Source of the DNA: an uncultured Candidatus Binatia bacterium
GTDB taxonomy: Bacteria > Desulfobacterota > Binatia > UBA9968 > JAJDTQ01
Reading direction: 5' to 3'
DNA length: 64,000 nt
Assembly: GCA_965213675.1 (NCBI GenBank)
Contig: OZ243916.1
Span: 2,624,001 to 2,688,000 of the forward strand
Shown: one piece after another, positions 19,962-28,076 of the stretch
How positions within the stretch are numbered: the first letter of the stretch is position 1
How the letters are laid out: every line of letters begins with the position of its first letter
Program-made: the position numbers and the translations under genes
The notes under the pieces: generated by a model
The model's input: the letters and a program-made list of their open reading frames with translations, nothing else
Told to the model about the DNA's origin: nothing
Databases searched by the model: none

Positions 19962-21482
19962 GTGACCTTCATCAGACCGACGCTGGAGCAGATGCGGGCC
20001 GTGGCCGGCGATCTCGGCATTGATTTGTCGGACGACGAACTGGCCGGTTATCTGGAGCGGATGGAAGGACTCTCCCGCGCCTATGCGGCGGTGGACGAGG
20101 AACCGGAACCGGCGCCGACGGCTCGGCGGCGCTCCTGGCAACGCCCGGAGCCGGATCTGAACCGCTGCAACGCCTGGTTCGTGAAGACGTCCATCCGGGA
20201 AGCGTACCGCGGCCGGCTCGCGGGCAAAACCCTGGCGGTGAAGGACTCCATCTGCGTGGCAGGGTTGCCCACGATGAACGGCGCCTCGTTCGTCGTGGGC
20301 TACGTACCCGACGTCGACGCCACCGTGGTCACCCGGGCGCTCCGCGCCGGCGCCGAGATCGTCGGCAAGACCAACTGCGAGTACCTGTCCCTCTCGGGCG
20401 GCAGCCATAGCGGCGCCAATGGACCCGTCATCAATCCGCACAAGGCCGGCTATTCCGCGGGCGGCTCGTCATCGGGCAGCGCCGCGGCCGTAGCGGCCGG
20501 CGACGCGGACATGGCCTTGGGTTGCGACCAAGCCGGTTCCATCCGGGTGCCAGCGGCCTGGTGTGGCATCATCGGGCTCAAGCCCAGCCACGGGCTGGTC
20601 CCGTACACCGGCATCCTGGGCCTCGACCCGGCCGTGGACCACTGCGGCCCCATGACCCGGGACGTGGACACCAACGCCCTGCTGCTGGAGGTGCTGGCCG
20701 GACGCGACGGCATGGACCCGCGTCAACCCGGCTCATGGCAACCGGTGCGATACACCCGCGCGCGCCGGGCCGGCGCCAAGGGCTTGCGAGTGGCCGTGGT
20801 AAAGGAAGGCTTCGGACACCGCAACGCGGAAGCCGAGGTAGACGAGAGCGTGCAGGCCGCGGCCGGCGCCTTGGCTGCCGCCGGTCTCGATGTCGCCGAG
20901 GTATCGGCGCCCGTTCACAAACGGGCTTGGCTGCTGGCCCAGCCCATCTACGTCGAGAGCCTAGCCCGCTCACTGGGCATGTGCGGCATCATGCCCGGCG
21001 CGGAGGGTCTCGGCTCGTCAAGCCCTGCCGAGCCCTTCGCCGCCTGGCGTCAACGCTGGCGGGAGCTGCCCGAGAACGTGATGGCCCTGCTCCTGTTCGG
21101 CGGCTTCGTGCGGCGCCGCCACCCGGGACGCTACTACGTCAAGGCGCAACAGCTTCGCCGCGCCATCCGCCGGGGCTATGACGAGGTCTTCGCCGATCAC
21201 GACCTGTTGCTCATGCCCACCACGCCCATGGCAGCCACACCCCTGCCCACCGCCGGCGCCGATGCCGCCGAGCGCGCGCGGCGCGCCAGCGAAATGCTGG
21301 CCAACACCGGCCCTTTCAACGTCACCGGCCACCCGGCCATCTCTCTGCCCTGCGGCGCCACCAAGGACGGCCGGCCCGTGGGAATGATGCTGGTGGGCCG
21401 GCTCTTTGACGAGGTCACGATCTATCGAGCCGCGTATGCGTTCGAGGAGGTGCGACGAAAGACGAACCCGCGCTTGCCGTGA
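19962..21482 (+). CDS. Amidase signature family protein
   Basis: 'AVKDS', 'GGSSSGS', 'DQAGSIRVP', 'NVTGHPAISLP'. Confidence 0.9.
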   Translation: MTFIRPTLEQMRAVAGDLGIDLSDDELAGYLERMEGLSRAYAAVDEEPEPAPTARRRSWQRPEPDLNRCNAWFVKTSIREAYRGRLAGKTLAVKDSICVAGLPTMNGASFVVGYVPDVDATVVTRALRAGAEIVGKTNCEYLSLSGGSHSGANGPVINPHKAGYSAGGSSSGSAAAVAAGDADMALGCDQAGSIRVPAAWCGIIGLKPSHGLVPYTGILGLDPAVDHCGPMTRDVDTNALLLEVLAGRDGMDPRQPGSWQPVRYTRARRAGAKGLRVAVVKEGFGHRNAEAEVDESVQAAAGALAAAGLDVAEVSAPVHKRAWLLAQPIYVESLARSLGMCGIMPGAEGLGSSSPAEPFAAWRQRWRELPENVMALLLFGGFVRRRHPGRYYVKAQQLRRAIRRGYDEVFADHDLLLMPTTPMAATPLPTAGADAAERARRASEMLANTGPFNVTGHPAISLPCGATKDGRPVGMMLVGRLFDEVTIYRAAYAFEEVRRKTNPRLP

Positions 21483-21661
21483 GAGCCCCAGCCGTGAACG
21501 GGGCTGGCTGGGTTGCGGCCGAGCCCCTCGCCCGCGGCCGTTCGGATGTCCATGGTCACAGGCTGCCTCCCGTTTGCTCAGAATCGAAAGTCGCCGCGAA
21601 AGGACCGTTGCCAGCGCCGCGTGGCTGGTTTTTGGCGGCGTCTGTATGTTTTCAAAACAAC

Positions 21662-21691
21662 TTGACAACGGCCGGGCGTGTCGAGTACGGT
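21662..21691 (+). promoter_or_regulatory. Sigma70-like promoter
   Basis: TTGACA (21662-21667), 18 bp, TACGGT (21686-21691). Confidence 0.55.
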
Positions 21692-21696
21692 AGCCA

Positions 21697-21762
21697 ACTA
21701 CTCCCCCTGTTCGCTTCGGCGACAGGGCGCAAGGCTGCCGCAAGGCAGCCTTAGCTTTTTTT
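21697..21762 (+). ncRNA. Candidate ~65-nt two-hairpin small RNA / terminating leader upstream of the NYN gene
   Basis: Hairpin 1 CCCTG(T)TCGC-TTCG-GCGACAGGG (21705-21727); hairpin 2 AAGGCTGCC-GCAA-GGCAGCCTT (21731-21752); T7 at 21756-21762. Confidence 0.55.
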
Positions 21763-21774
21763 GGGCCGGCACTC

Positions 21775-22398
21775 ATCCGTACCAACATCTATATCGACGG
21801 TTTTAATCTCTACTATCGTGCGCTTCGGGGTACGCCTTACCGTTGGCTCGATATTGGGAGGCTGGCGCGGACCCTGCTTTCCCGTCATCACATATGCCGG
21901 ATACGGTACTTCACCGCCTTGGTCGCCAACCGCGCTGGCGACTCCACCCAGGCGCAACGGCAACAGGCTTACATCCGCGCCTTGCAGACCATACCCGACT
22001 TGACCATCCATTACGGCCATTTCCTTGCGAAAACCAAGCGGAGACCGCTCGCTCGCCAACCAAATACCGGCCCACGCACCGTCGAGATACTGGACACCGA
22101 GGAGAAGGGTTCAGACGTCAATCTCGCCTCCTACCTGTTGCTGGACGGCTTTGAAGGAGAATACGAGATGGCCGTCGTGATCTCCAACGACTCCGACCTG
22201 GAACTTCCCGTCCGAATGGCACGGACCAAGCTCGGAAAGGAGGTAGGAGTCTTCGACCCGAGCCGCAGACGGAGCTTTCAGTTGCACGACGCGGCGTCTT
22301 GGTACAGACCGCTACGCGAGGGTCCACTGCGCGCCAGTCTTTTCCCTGATACCGTCCGGGACGCGCATGGCTCCATAACCAAACCAGCAGGCTGGTAG
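21775..22398 (+). CDS. NYN-domain (LabA/DUF88, PIN-like) ribonuclease; apparent ATC start
   Basis: In frame with ORF 21919: '(I)RTNIYIDGFNLYY...YFTA...EEKGSDVNLA...ISNDSDL'; no ATG/GTG/TTG between the upstream TAG (21691) and the DGFN motif. Confidence 0.85.
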   Translation: MRTNIYIDGFNLYYRALRGTPYRWLDIGRLARTLLSRHHICRIRYFTALVANRAGDSTQAQRQQAYIRALQTIPDLTIHYGHFLAKTKRRPLARQPNTGPRTVEILDTEEKGSDVNLASYLLLDGFEGEYEMAVVISNDSDLELPVRMARTKLGKEVGVFDPSRRRSFQLHDAASWYRPLREGPLRASLFPDTVRDAHGSITKPAGW

Positions 22399-22497
22399 GC
22401 CAACGTGTTCAAGAAGATAGCTTCAATCTACGGTTGCGCCTTCTCCGGAGGCACCGTGTAACGCCTGCCAAAGGACCCCGATTGGATCGAGGGTTCT

Positions 22498-22791
22498 TCA
22501 AGATACGTCACAACGACAGCGGCGGGTCCCGGAAGACCTCTTTGCGGTGCCATTGAACGAAGTCGGGGTCGGGGTCCAAGGTTCGATTCTTCGGCGGGCG
22601 CAACCGCTTGCCATGGAAGTCATCGAACAATTCCGAGGGGTTGACGTCGCTGGAGACGAGTATCCTGAAGTCGTCGTCCACGGGATCGAGGCCGAGGGCG
22701 CCGCGGTCGAACAGCTTGTGGTCGGACCAGCACAAGGCCAACCCGTTGAACACTTCATCCGGGCCGCCCGCGGCATGCCACTTGATATGCG
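22498..22791 (-). pseudogene. HNH endonuclease C-terminal remnant, 5' part removed at the IS3 junction
   Basis: 'HIKWHAAGGPDEVFNGLALC..HKLFDRG...FVQWHRKEVFR'. Confidence 0.75.
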
Positions 22792-22854
22792 TGGTCTTAC
22801 CCGGGTTTGGTGGACATCTGATAAGAGGCGAAGATGGCCTCGGAGGTGACGACC

Positions 22855-23142
22855 ATGACACGGAAGAGACGGAAGTTTTCGAAGGAGTTCAAGCAGGAAA
22901 CGGTCAAGCTGGTCAAGGAAGGACCGCGCTCGGTGGGAGAAGTCGCGCGTGATTTGGACTTGACGGAATCGGCGGTACGCAACTGGGTGCGGCAGTTCGA
23001 CGTGGACGCTGGTGTGCGCGAGGGGGTGAGCACGGGCGAGCTCGAGGAGGTACGCCAGCTGCGGTCGGAGAACCGGCAGCTACGGATGGAGCGCGACATC
23101 CTAAAAAAAGCGACGGCCTTCTTCGCCAAGGAATCGATGTGA
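22855..23142 (+). CDS. IS3 transposase OrfA
   Basis: 'RRKFSKEFK...EVARDL...LRMERDILKKA'. Confidence 0.9.
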   Translation: MTRKRRKFSKEFKQETVKLVKEGPRSVGEVARDLDLTESAVRNWVRQFDVDAGVREGVSTGELEEVRQLRSENRQLRMERDILKKATAFFAKESM

Positions 23143-24002
23143 GGTTCGCGTTCATCGAGGCGGAGAAGGCCAGATTTCCCGTGACCATGATGTGCCGGCT
23201 GCTTGAGGTTTCTCGAAGCGGGTTCTACGCTTCGCGTGGGCGTCGTGAGAGCACGCGGGCAGGGGAGGACCGCCGCTTGCTGGTCCACATCAAGGCGAGC
23301 CACACGGCGTCGCGTGGGACCTACGGCAGCCCGCGGGTGCACCGGGACCTGGTCGAGGACGGCGTGGCAGTCGGACGGCACCGCGTAGCGCGTCTGATGC
23401 GCCAGGAGGGCCTTCGCTCCAAGCGCCGGCGCCGCTACCGGGTGACCACCCACTCGGACCATCACCACCCGGTGGCAGCCAACGTGCTGGAGCGCGACTT
23501 CACCGCCGATGCCGAGAACTGCAAGTGGGCAGCGGACATCACCTACGTGTGGACGCGCTGTGGCTGGTTGTACCTGGCGGTGGTGCTTGACCTGTACTCC
23601 CGCCGGGTGGTCGGATGGGCGATGTCCAATCGCCTCACACGGGAACTCGCGTTGAACGCCTTGGGCATGGCTCTGACCCACCGGCCTCGGCCCGAGCTGC
23701 TGCTGCACCACTCTGACCGCGGCAGTCAATACGCTTCGGCCGACTACTGGCGCCTGCTCGATGCCCACGGCATCCAATGCTCCATGAGCCGGCGCGCCAA
23801 CTGCTGGGACAACGCCGTCGTGGAGAGCTTCTTTGCTACCCTGAAGACCGAGCTTATCCACCACGTCGACTACCCCACTCCAGCCGAGGCAAGGGCCGCG
23901 ATCTTCGAGTTCATCGAGGTGTTCTACAATCGGCAACGTCGCCACTCCACCCTCGGCTACCAGACATCAGCTGGCTTCGAACGGATGGCACCGGCAGCTT
24001 AA
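23139..24002 (+). CDS. IS3 transposase OrfB (DDE)
   Basis: 'WAADITY', 'HSDRGSQY', 'DNAVVESFF'. Confidence 0.92.
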   Translation: MRFAFIEAEKARFPVTMMCRLLEVSRSGFYASRGRRESTRAGEDRRLLVHIKASHTASRGTYGSPRVHRDLVEDGVAVGRHRVARLMRQEGLRSKRRRRYRVTTHSDHHHPVAANVLERDFTADAENCKWAADITYVWTRCGWLYLAVVLDLYSRRVVGWAMSNRLTRELALNALGMALTHRPRPELLLHHSDRGSQYASADYWRLLDAHGIQCSMSRRANCWDNAVVESFFATLKTELIHHVDYPTPAEARAAIFEFIEVFYNRQRRHSTLGYQTSAGFERMAPAA

Positions 24003-24036
24003 CTAATCTGTCCACCAAACCCGGGGAACGCCAGCA

Positions 24037-24601
24037 TGTACCTGGTGGCGGTGATGGACTGGGCCACCCGCCGGGTGCTCTCCTGGCGGCTGTCGAACAC
24101 CCTCGATGCCCGCTTCTGTGTCGAGGCCCTCTCAGAGGCTCTGGAACGCTACGGTCCTCCCGAGATCTTCAACACGGACCAAGGCAGCCAGTTCACCAGC
24201 CTGGAGTTCACCTCCGTGCTCAAGGACGCCGGCATTGCCATCTCCATGGACGGCAGGGGCCGGTGCATGGACAACATCTTCATCGAGCGCCTGTGGCGCT
24301 CCCTCAAGTACGAGGCCGTCTACCTGCACGAGTTGACCGACGGCTTCGCCGCCCAAAGGGCCATCGCCAACTGGCTCCACTTCTACAACACCCAAAGACC
24401 TCATTCCGCCCTCGCCGGCTCCACCCCGGCGGAGGCCTACGAACCAGGACTCCACAGGCCGGACCTCACACCCCGCCCGCCCCTCTGACAGTTCCATCGG
24501 AACACGAAGACGTGATAAACGGGACCTTGGCGGCATGATCGATCGTCTGGAATACACCTTAACTCCGCCGCCTTCCTGTCCTACAAACCAGGACCACCTC
24601 A
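24037..24601 (+). mobile_element. 3' fragment of a second IS3-family element, inverted near-identical copy of the 25074-26405 element
   Basis: 'YLVAVMDWATR...NTDQGSQF...DNIFIERLW'; terminal ...CCAGGACCACCTCA at 24601. Confidence 0.88.
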
Positions 24602-24740
24602 GTCCGTGCCCGCCCAGTCGTCCACGGCATCCGGAAGAAGCAGCTGCTGCGAACGATCATCGCCTGGAATGTGTGTCATGTCCCCATCATACCAAACTCG
24701 CCCGCTCCCCGTGATGGCAGGTCGAGTTCTCACACGGGCT
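24602..24740 (-). mobile_element. Left end and N-terminus of an IS1182-like element, truncated by the IS3 end
   Basis: ATG 24679: 'MTHIPGDDRSQQLLLPDAVDDW'; end motif AGCCCGTGTGAGAACTC (24740-24724). Confidence 0.65.
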
Positions 24741-24743
24741 ATG

Positions 24744-24770
24744 CGCCGGGACCCCAACGGGGTCCCGGCC
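24744..24770 (-). terminator. Hairpin downstream of the Zn-ribbon gene
   Basis: GCCGGGGACCCC-aac-GGGGTCCCGGC. Confidence 0.45.
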
Positions 24771-24775
24771 TCTGT

Positions 24776-24925
24776 CTAACACCGATTGTACGTTGTACTC
24801 TGGCCGCGACCGCAGTTGCCACAGGGCGGCAATCGGTCATCGGGGTCGTTCAGATACACACTCCAGTTGCAGTTGGTGCAGCAATATCTACCTATACCGG
24901 GTTTCTCGCCAATGTTGTAAGCCAC
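24776..24925 (-). CDS. 49-aa zinc-ribbon microprotein
   Basis: GTG start with AGGAGG RBS; 'MAYNIGEKPGIGRYCCTNCNWSVYLNDPDDRLPPCGNCGRGQSTTYNRC' has two CxxC pairs. Confidence 0.75.
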   Translation of the reverse strand: MAYNIGEKPGIGRYCCTNCNWSVYLNDPDDRLPPCGNCGRGQSTTYNRC

Positions 24926-25057
24926 TGAGAACCTCCTATTCGTCACTTCTCCCCCAAGATAACGGGGTGCCTCCGGCCTTGACCAGGGAGTTGTAAGTGC
25001 GCCACAAGGTGGGTTGACCTTCGTCCCTAGGGTGTGGAAACGCCAAGTCATGTGCAT

Positions 25058-26509
25058 CTAGCACTTCTTCTTGTGAGGTGATCCTGGTTTGTAGGACAGG
25101 AAGGCGGCGGAGATAAGGTGTATTCCAGACGATCGATCATGCCGCCAAGGTCCCGTTTATCAGGTCTTCGTGTTCCGAAGGAACTGTCAGAGGGGCGGGC
25201 GGGGTGTGAGGTCCGGCCTGCCTCTGGAGTCCTCGTTCGTAGGCCTCCGCCGGGGTGGAGCCGGCGAGGGCGGAATGAGGTCTTTGGGTGTTGTAGAAGT
25301 GGAGCCAGTTGGCGATGGTCCTTTGGGCGGCGAAGCCGTCGGTCAGCTCGTGCAGGTAGACGGCCTCGTACTTGAGGGAGCGCCACAGGCGCTCGATGAA
25401 GATGTTGTCCATGCACCGGCCCCTGCCGTCCATGGAGATGGCAATGCCGGCGTCCTTGAGCACGGAGGTGAACTCCAGGCTGGTGAACTGGCTGCCTTGG
25501 TCCGTGTTGAAGATCTCGGGAGGACCGTAGCGTTCCAGAGCCTCTGAGAGGGCCTCGACACAGAAGCGGGCATCGAGGGTGTTCGACAGCCTCCAGGAGA
25601 GCACCCGGCGGGTGGCCCAGTCCATGACCGCCACCAGGTACAGGAAGCCACTCTGGACAGGGATATAGGTGATGTCGGAGGTCCACACGTGATTGGGCCG
25701 TTCGATGGCGACGCCCTTGAGCCGATAGGGATAGACCCGGTGCTCGGGGTGCGGTCGGGTGGTGCGCGGCGCCTGGTAGATGGCCTGGAGCCCCATCAGG
25801 CGCATCAGACGCCGCACCCGGTGACGACCCACTCGGACTCGCTCCCGCCACAGATGGCGGACCATCTGGCGGCTGCCGTAGAAGGGGTACTCCAGGAACA
25901 GCTCATCGATCCGGCGCATCAACGCCAGATTCTCCGCGCTCTCGCCCTTGGGCCTGTGGTACACAGAGGATCGGCTCACTCGAAGCAGATGGCATTGACG
26001 GCTCAAGCTGAGCTTGGGATGGCCGGGCTCGATCATCCCCCGGCGCTTCTCCCGGCTCACCACTTGAGCCCCTTGGCCAAAAAATCCCGCTCCACCGTCA
26101 GCTCCCCGATCTTCGCGTGCAGGTCCCGGACCTCCCCCTCGTGGTCTCCTCGTGCCCGCTCGGCTCCCTTCGAGAACACCTCCTTCATCCCCTCCACCGC
26201 ACGCTGCTTCCACGTGCTCACTTGGTTCGGATGGACCTTGTGCCGCGACGCGAGCTCCTGGATCGTCTTGTCTCCGCGCAGCGCCTCCAGCGCTACCTTC
26301 GCCTTGAACTCTCCGCTGAACCGTCGTCGTGTCCTCATTGCGTATCCCTCCCTGAGTCGGTGGAATACACCTTAGCTACCTGTCCGTTTTTCCGGGACCA
26401 CCTCATTGATCGGCTTGGGGGCCGATCGCTTATGAGCCTTGACGGTTACCGGTTTCGGTCCCGGCTTTTTGCCTGTCCTCGTTGGGCGGCAAACCACCTT
26501 CTTGGCCAT
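25058..26509 (-). pseudogene. 38-aa Lys/Pro-rich microprotein gene interrupted by the IS3 element
   Basis: AAGGAGGT RBS + ATG 26509; removing the IS and one TTG gives MAKKVVCRPTRTGKKPGPKPVTVKAHKRSAPKPIKKKC then TAG (25060-25058). Confidence 0.7.
25074..26405 (-). mobile_element. Complete IS3-family element (1332 bp) with 3-bp TSD
   Basis: Ends TGAGGTGATCCTGG.../...CCGGGACCACCTCA; TTG duplicated at 25071-25073 and 26406-26408; orfA 26057-26338, orfB ending 25137. Confidence 0.92.
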
Positions 26510-26737
26510 ACGCACCACCTCCTTCCTATAGGGAATTGAGGCGAGGGTTACCTAACGCTTCCCGACGACGCCCGGTAGAGGTCGCGGCGGGTTTCTCAAC
26601 CTCCGCCATTTCAAGCTGAGGCAGGACCGACCTCCCCAAACACCGGCTCATTCACCTCATCCTCTGTAAATCATCCACCCGATTCCTCGCATGATGGTCT
26701 TCTCATTGGCGATATCGCCAGGTATACTTTGGCTACT

Positions 26738-26800
26738 AAGGTAAGGTATGGCCTCAATGATGTCAATACTCGACACGCAATATATGTCTAACTCGACATA
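26738..26800 (-). promoter_or_regulatory. Divergent promoter with candidate XRE operators
   Basis: Minus strand TTGACA (26766-26761), 17 bp, TACCTT (26743-26738); TGTC-N7-GACA (26761-26775) and TATGTC-N6-GACATA (26783-26800). Confidence 0.65.
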
Positions 26801-26802
26801 CT

Positions 26803-27153
26803 ATGGCCTCTCCTTCTGAAATCTTTCGGCAGCGTTTGAGGGCGGCCAGGGGTACACGCGACTGGAGTCAAAGCGATTTGGCCCAGCGCGCTGGCTTGCC
26901 GCCTAGTTCGATAGCGCACTTTGAAACCGGATCACGCAAGCCATCTTTCGACACCTTGCGGCGACTCGCTAGTGCATTGGAAGTTACGACCGATTACCTT
27001 TTGGGAAGAGTCGAGGAACCTGGTCTTGCCGAAGCCGGAGACCCGTTATTCCGAGATATCGGTAATCTCACCGGCAGCGACCGCGAACTAGCCAGGGACT
27101 TCCTCAAGATGTTGGCGGACCGCAACGCAGCCAAACACAAGGAAGGCAAATGA
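26803..27153 (+). CDS. XRE-family HTH transcriptional regulator (CapH/ImmR-like)
   Basis: 'RLRAAR...SQSDLA...IAHFETGSRKPSFDTLRRLA..LEVTTDYLLGR'. Confidence 0.92.
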   Translation: MASPSEIFRQRLRAARGTRDWSQSDLAQRAGLPPSSIAHFETGSRKPSFDTLRRLASALEVTTDYLLGRVEEPGLAEAGDPLFRDIGNLTGSDRELARDFLKMLADRNAAKHKEGK

Positions 27154-28013
27154 GTGTGGCGTTTGGTCTGGAGATGGCCGAAAGGGAAGGGGAAGCCATA
27201 GTCGGTAGGCTAGGCATTCATTCCCTGCCCATAGATCCTATCGAGATTGCGAAACACCACGGCATCGCGGTTGAACCAAAACCCGACGCCGCTGAGGGTG
27301 TGTCCGGAATGCTCCTTCGTCACGGCGACACCTTTGGGATTCTCTATGCCACTCACATCGCAAGCAAGGGTTTCCAGAGGTTCAGCATAGCCCATGAGCT
27401 TGGGCATTATTTCCTTGATGGACACATAGATCATGTCCTCAAAGACGGCCCTCACAGCTCAAATGCAGGTTTCTCTTCCCCCAACCCTTACGAACGGGAA
27501 GCCGACAGTTTTGCGGCTGGCCTGCTGATGCCGGGTCACCTATTCCGCAAAGAGCTGAACCAAGAAGCCCCAGGGCTAGCTACAATTGAGGCATTGGCCG
27601 ATCTCTGTCAGACATCCCTAACAGCGACTGCAATTCGGTACGCCAAATTGACCGAAGACGCGGTCGCCGTGGTCGTGAGTACCGGCAAAGCCATCAATTT
27701 TTGTCGGCTCTCGGATGCCATGACGTCGTTGGCTGAGATCACATGGCCAAAAAAGGGCGATCTTGTTCCGTATGGCACCGCTACTGCGGACATCAATGCC
27801 GATCCTGCCCGGGTCGCCCTGTTGGACCGCGCAGAAGCGGAAATCGACATCCTGGACTGGTTGGGCGGTCAACGGTCCGTGCAAGGGACAGAACAGGTCA
27901 TGGGACTCGGCAGCTACGGCAGGACCCTTACTGTTCTTTCTGTAGATGACATGTGTGAAGAGGACGAAGAAGAAAGCCTAACCGAGAGTTGGACTCCACG
28001 TTTGCGTCGATAA
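27150..28013 (+). CDS. ImmA/IrrE-family Zn metallopeptidase (CapP-like)
   Basis: 'RFSIAHELGH', 'EREADSFAAGLLMP', 'TSLTATAIRY'; ATGA overlap with XRE. Confidence 0.9.
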   Translation: MSVAFGLEMAEREGEAIVGRLGIHSLPIDPIEIAKHHGIAVEPKPDAAEGVSGMLLRHGDTFGILYATHIASKGFQRFSIAHELGHYFLDGHIDHVLKDGPHSSNAGFSSPNPYEREADSFAAGLLMPGHLFRKELNQEAPGLATIEALADLCQTSLTATAIRYAKLTEDAVAVVVSTGKAINFCRLSDAMTSLAEITWPKKGDLVPYGTATADINADPARVALLDRAEAEIDILDWLGGQRSVQGTEQVMGLGSYGRTLTVLSVDDMCEEDEEESLTESWTPRLRR

Positions 28014-28076
28014 GCTCGCGCGGGCTTGGGCGTGACGCGGTCATCACTGCTTTGAATAGCGCACGGAGTCTATCCA

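Larger units (their letters stand above)
22792..24033 (+). mobile_element. Complete IS3-family element (1242 bp)
   Basis: IRL TGGTCTTACCCGGGTTTGGTGGACA; IRR reverse complement TGGCGTTCCCCGGGTTTGGTGGACA; orfA/orfB; A7G slippery site near 23103; no TSD. Confidence 0.92.

Noticed and set aside
21697-21762. Treating the hairpins as merely the amidase terminator
   Set aside because: They lie over 200 nt past the amidase stop and just downstream of a separate TTGACA promoter; this remains the null hypothesis but is less parsimonious.
26526-26651. Possible ~41-aa minus-strand ORF (MSRCLGRS...) in the leader of the microprotein operon
   Set aside because: Poor RBS spacing and no recognisable features; cannot be separated from chance.
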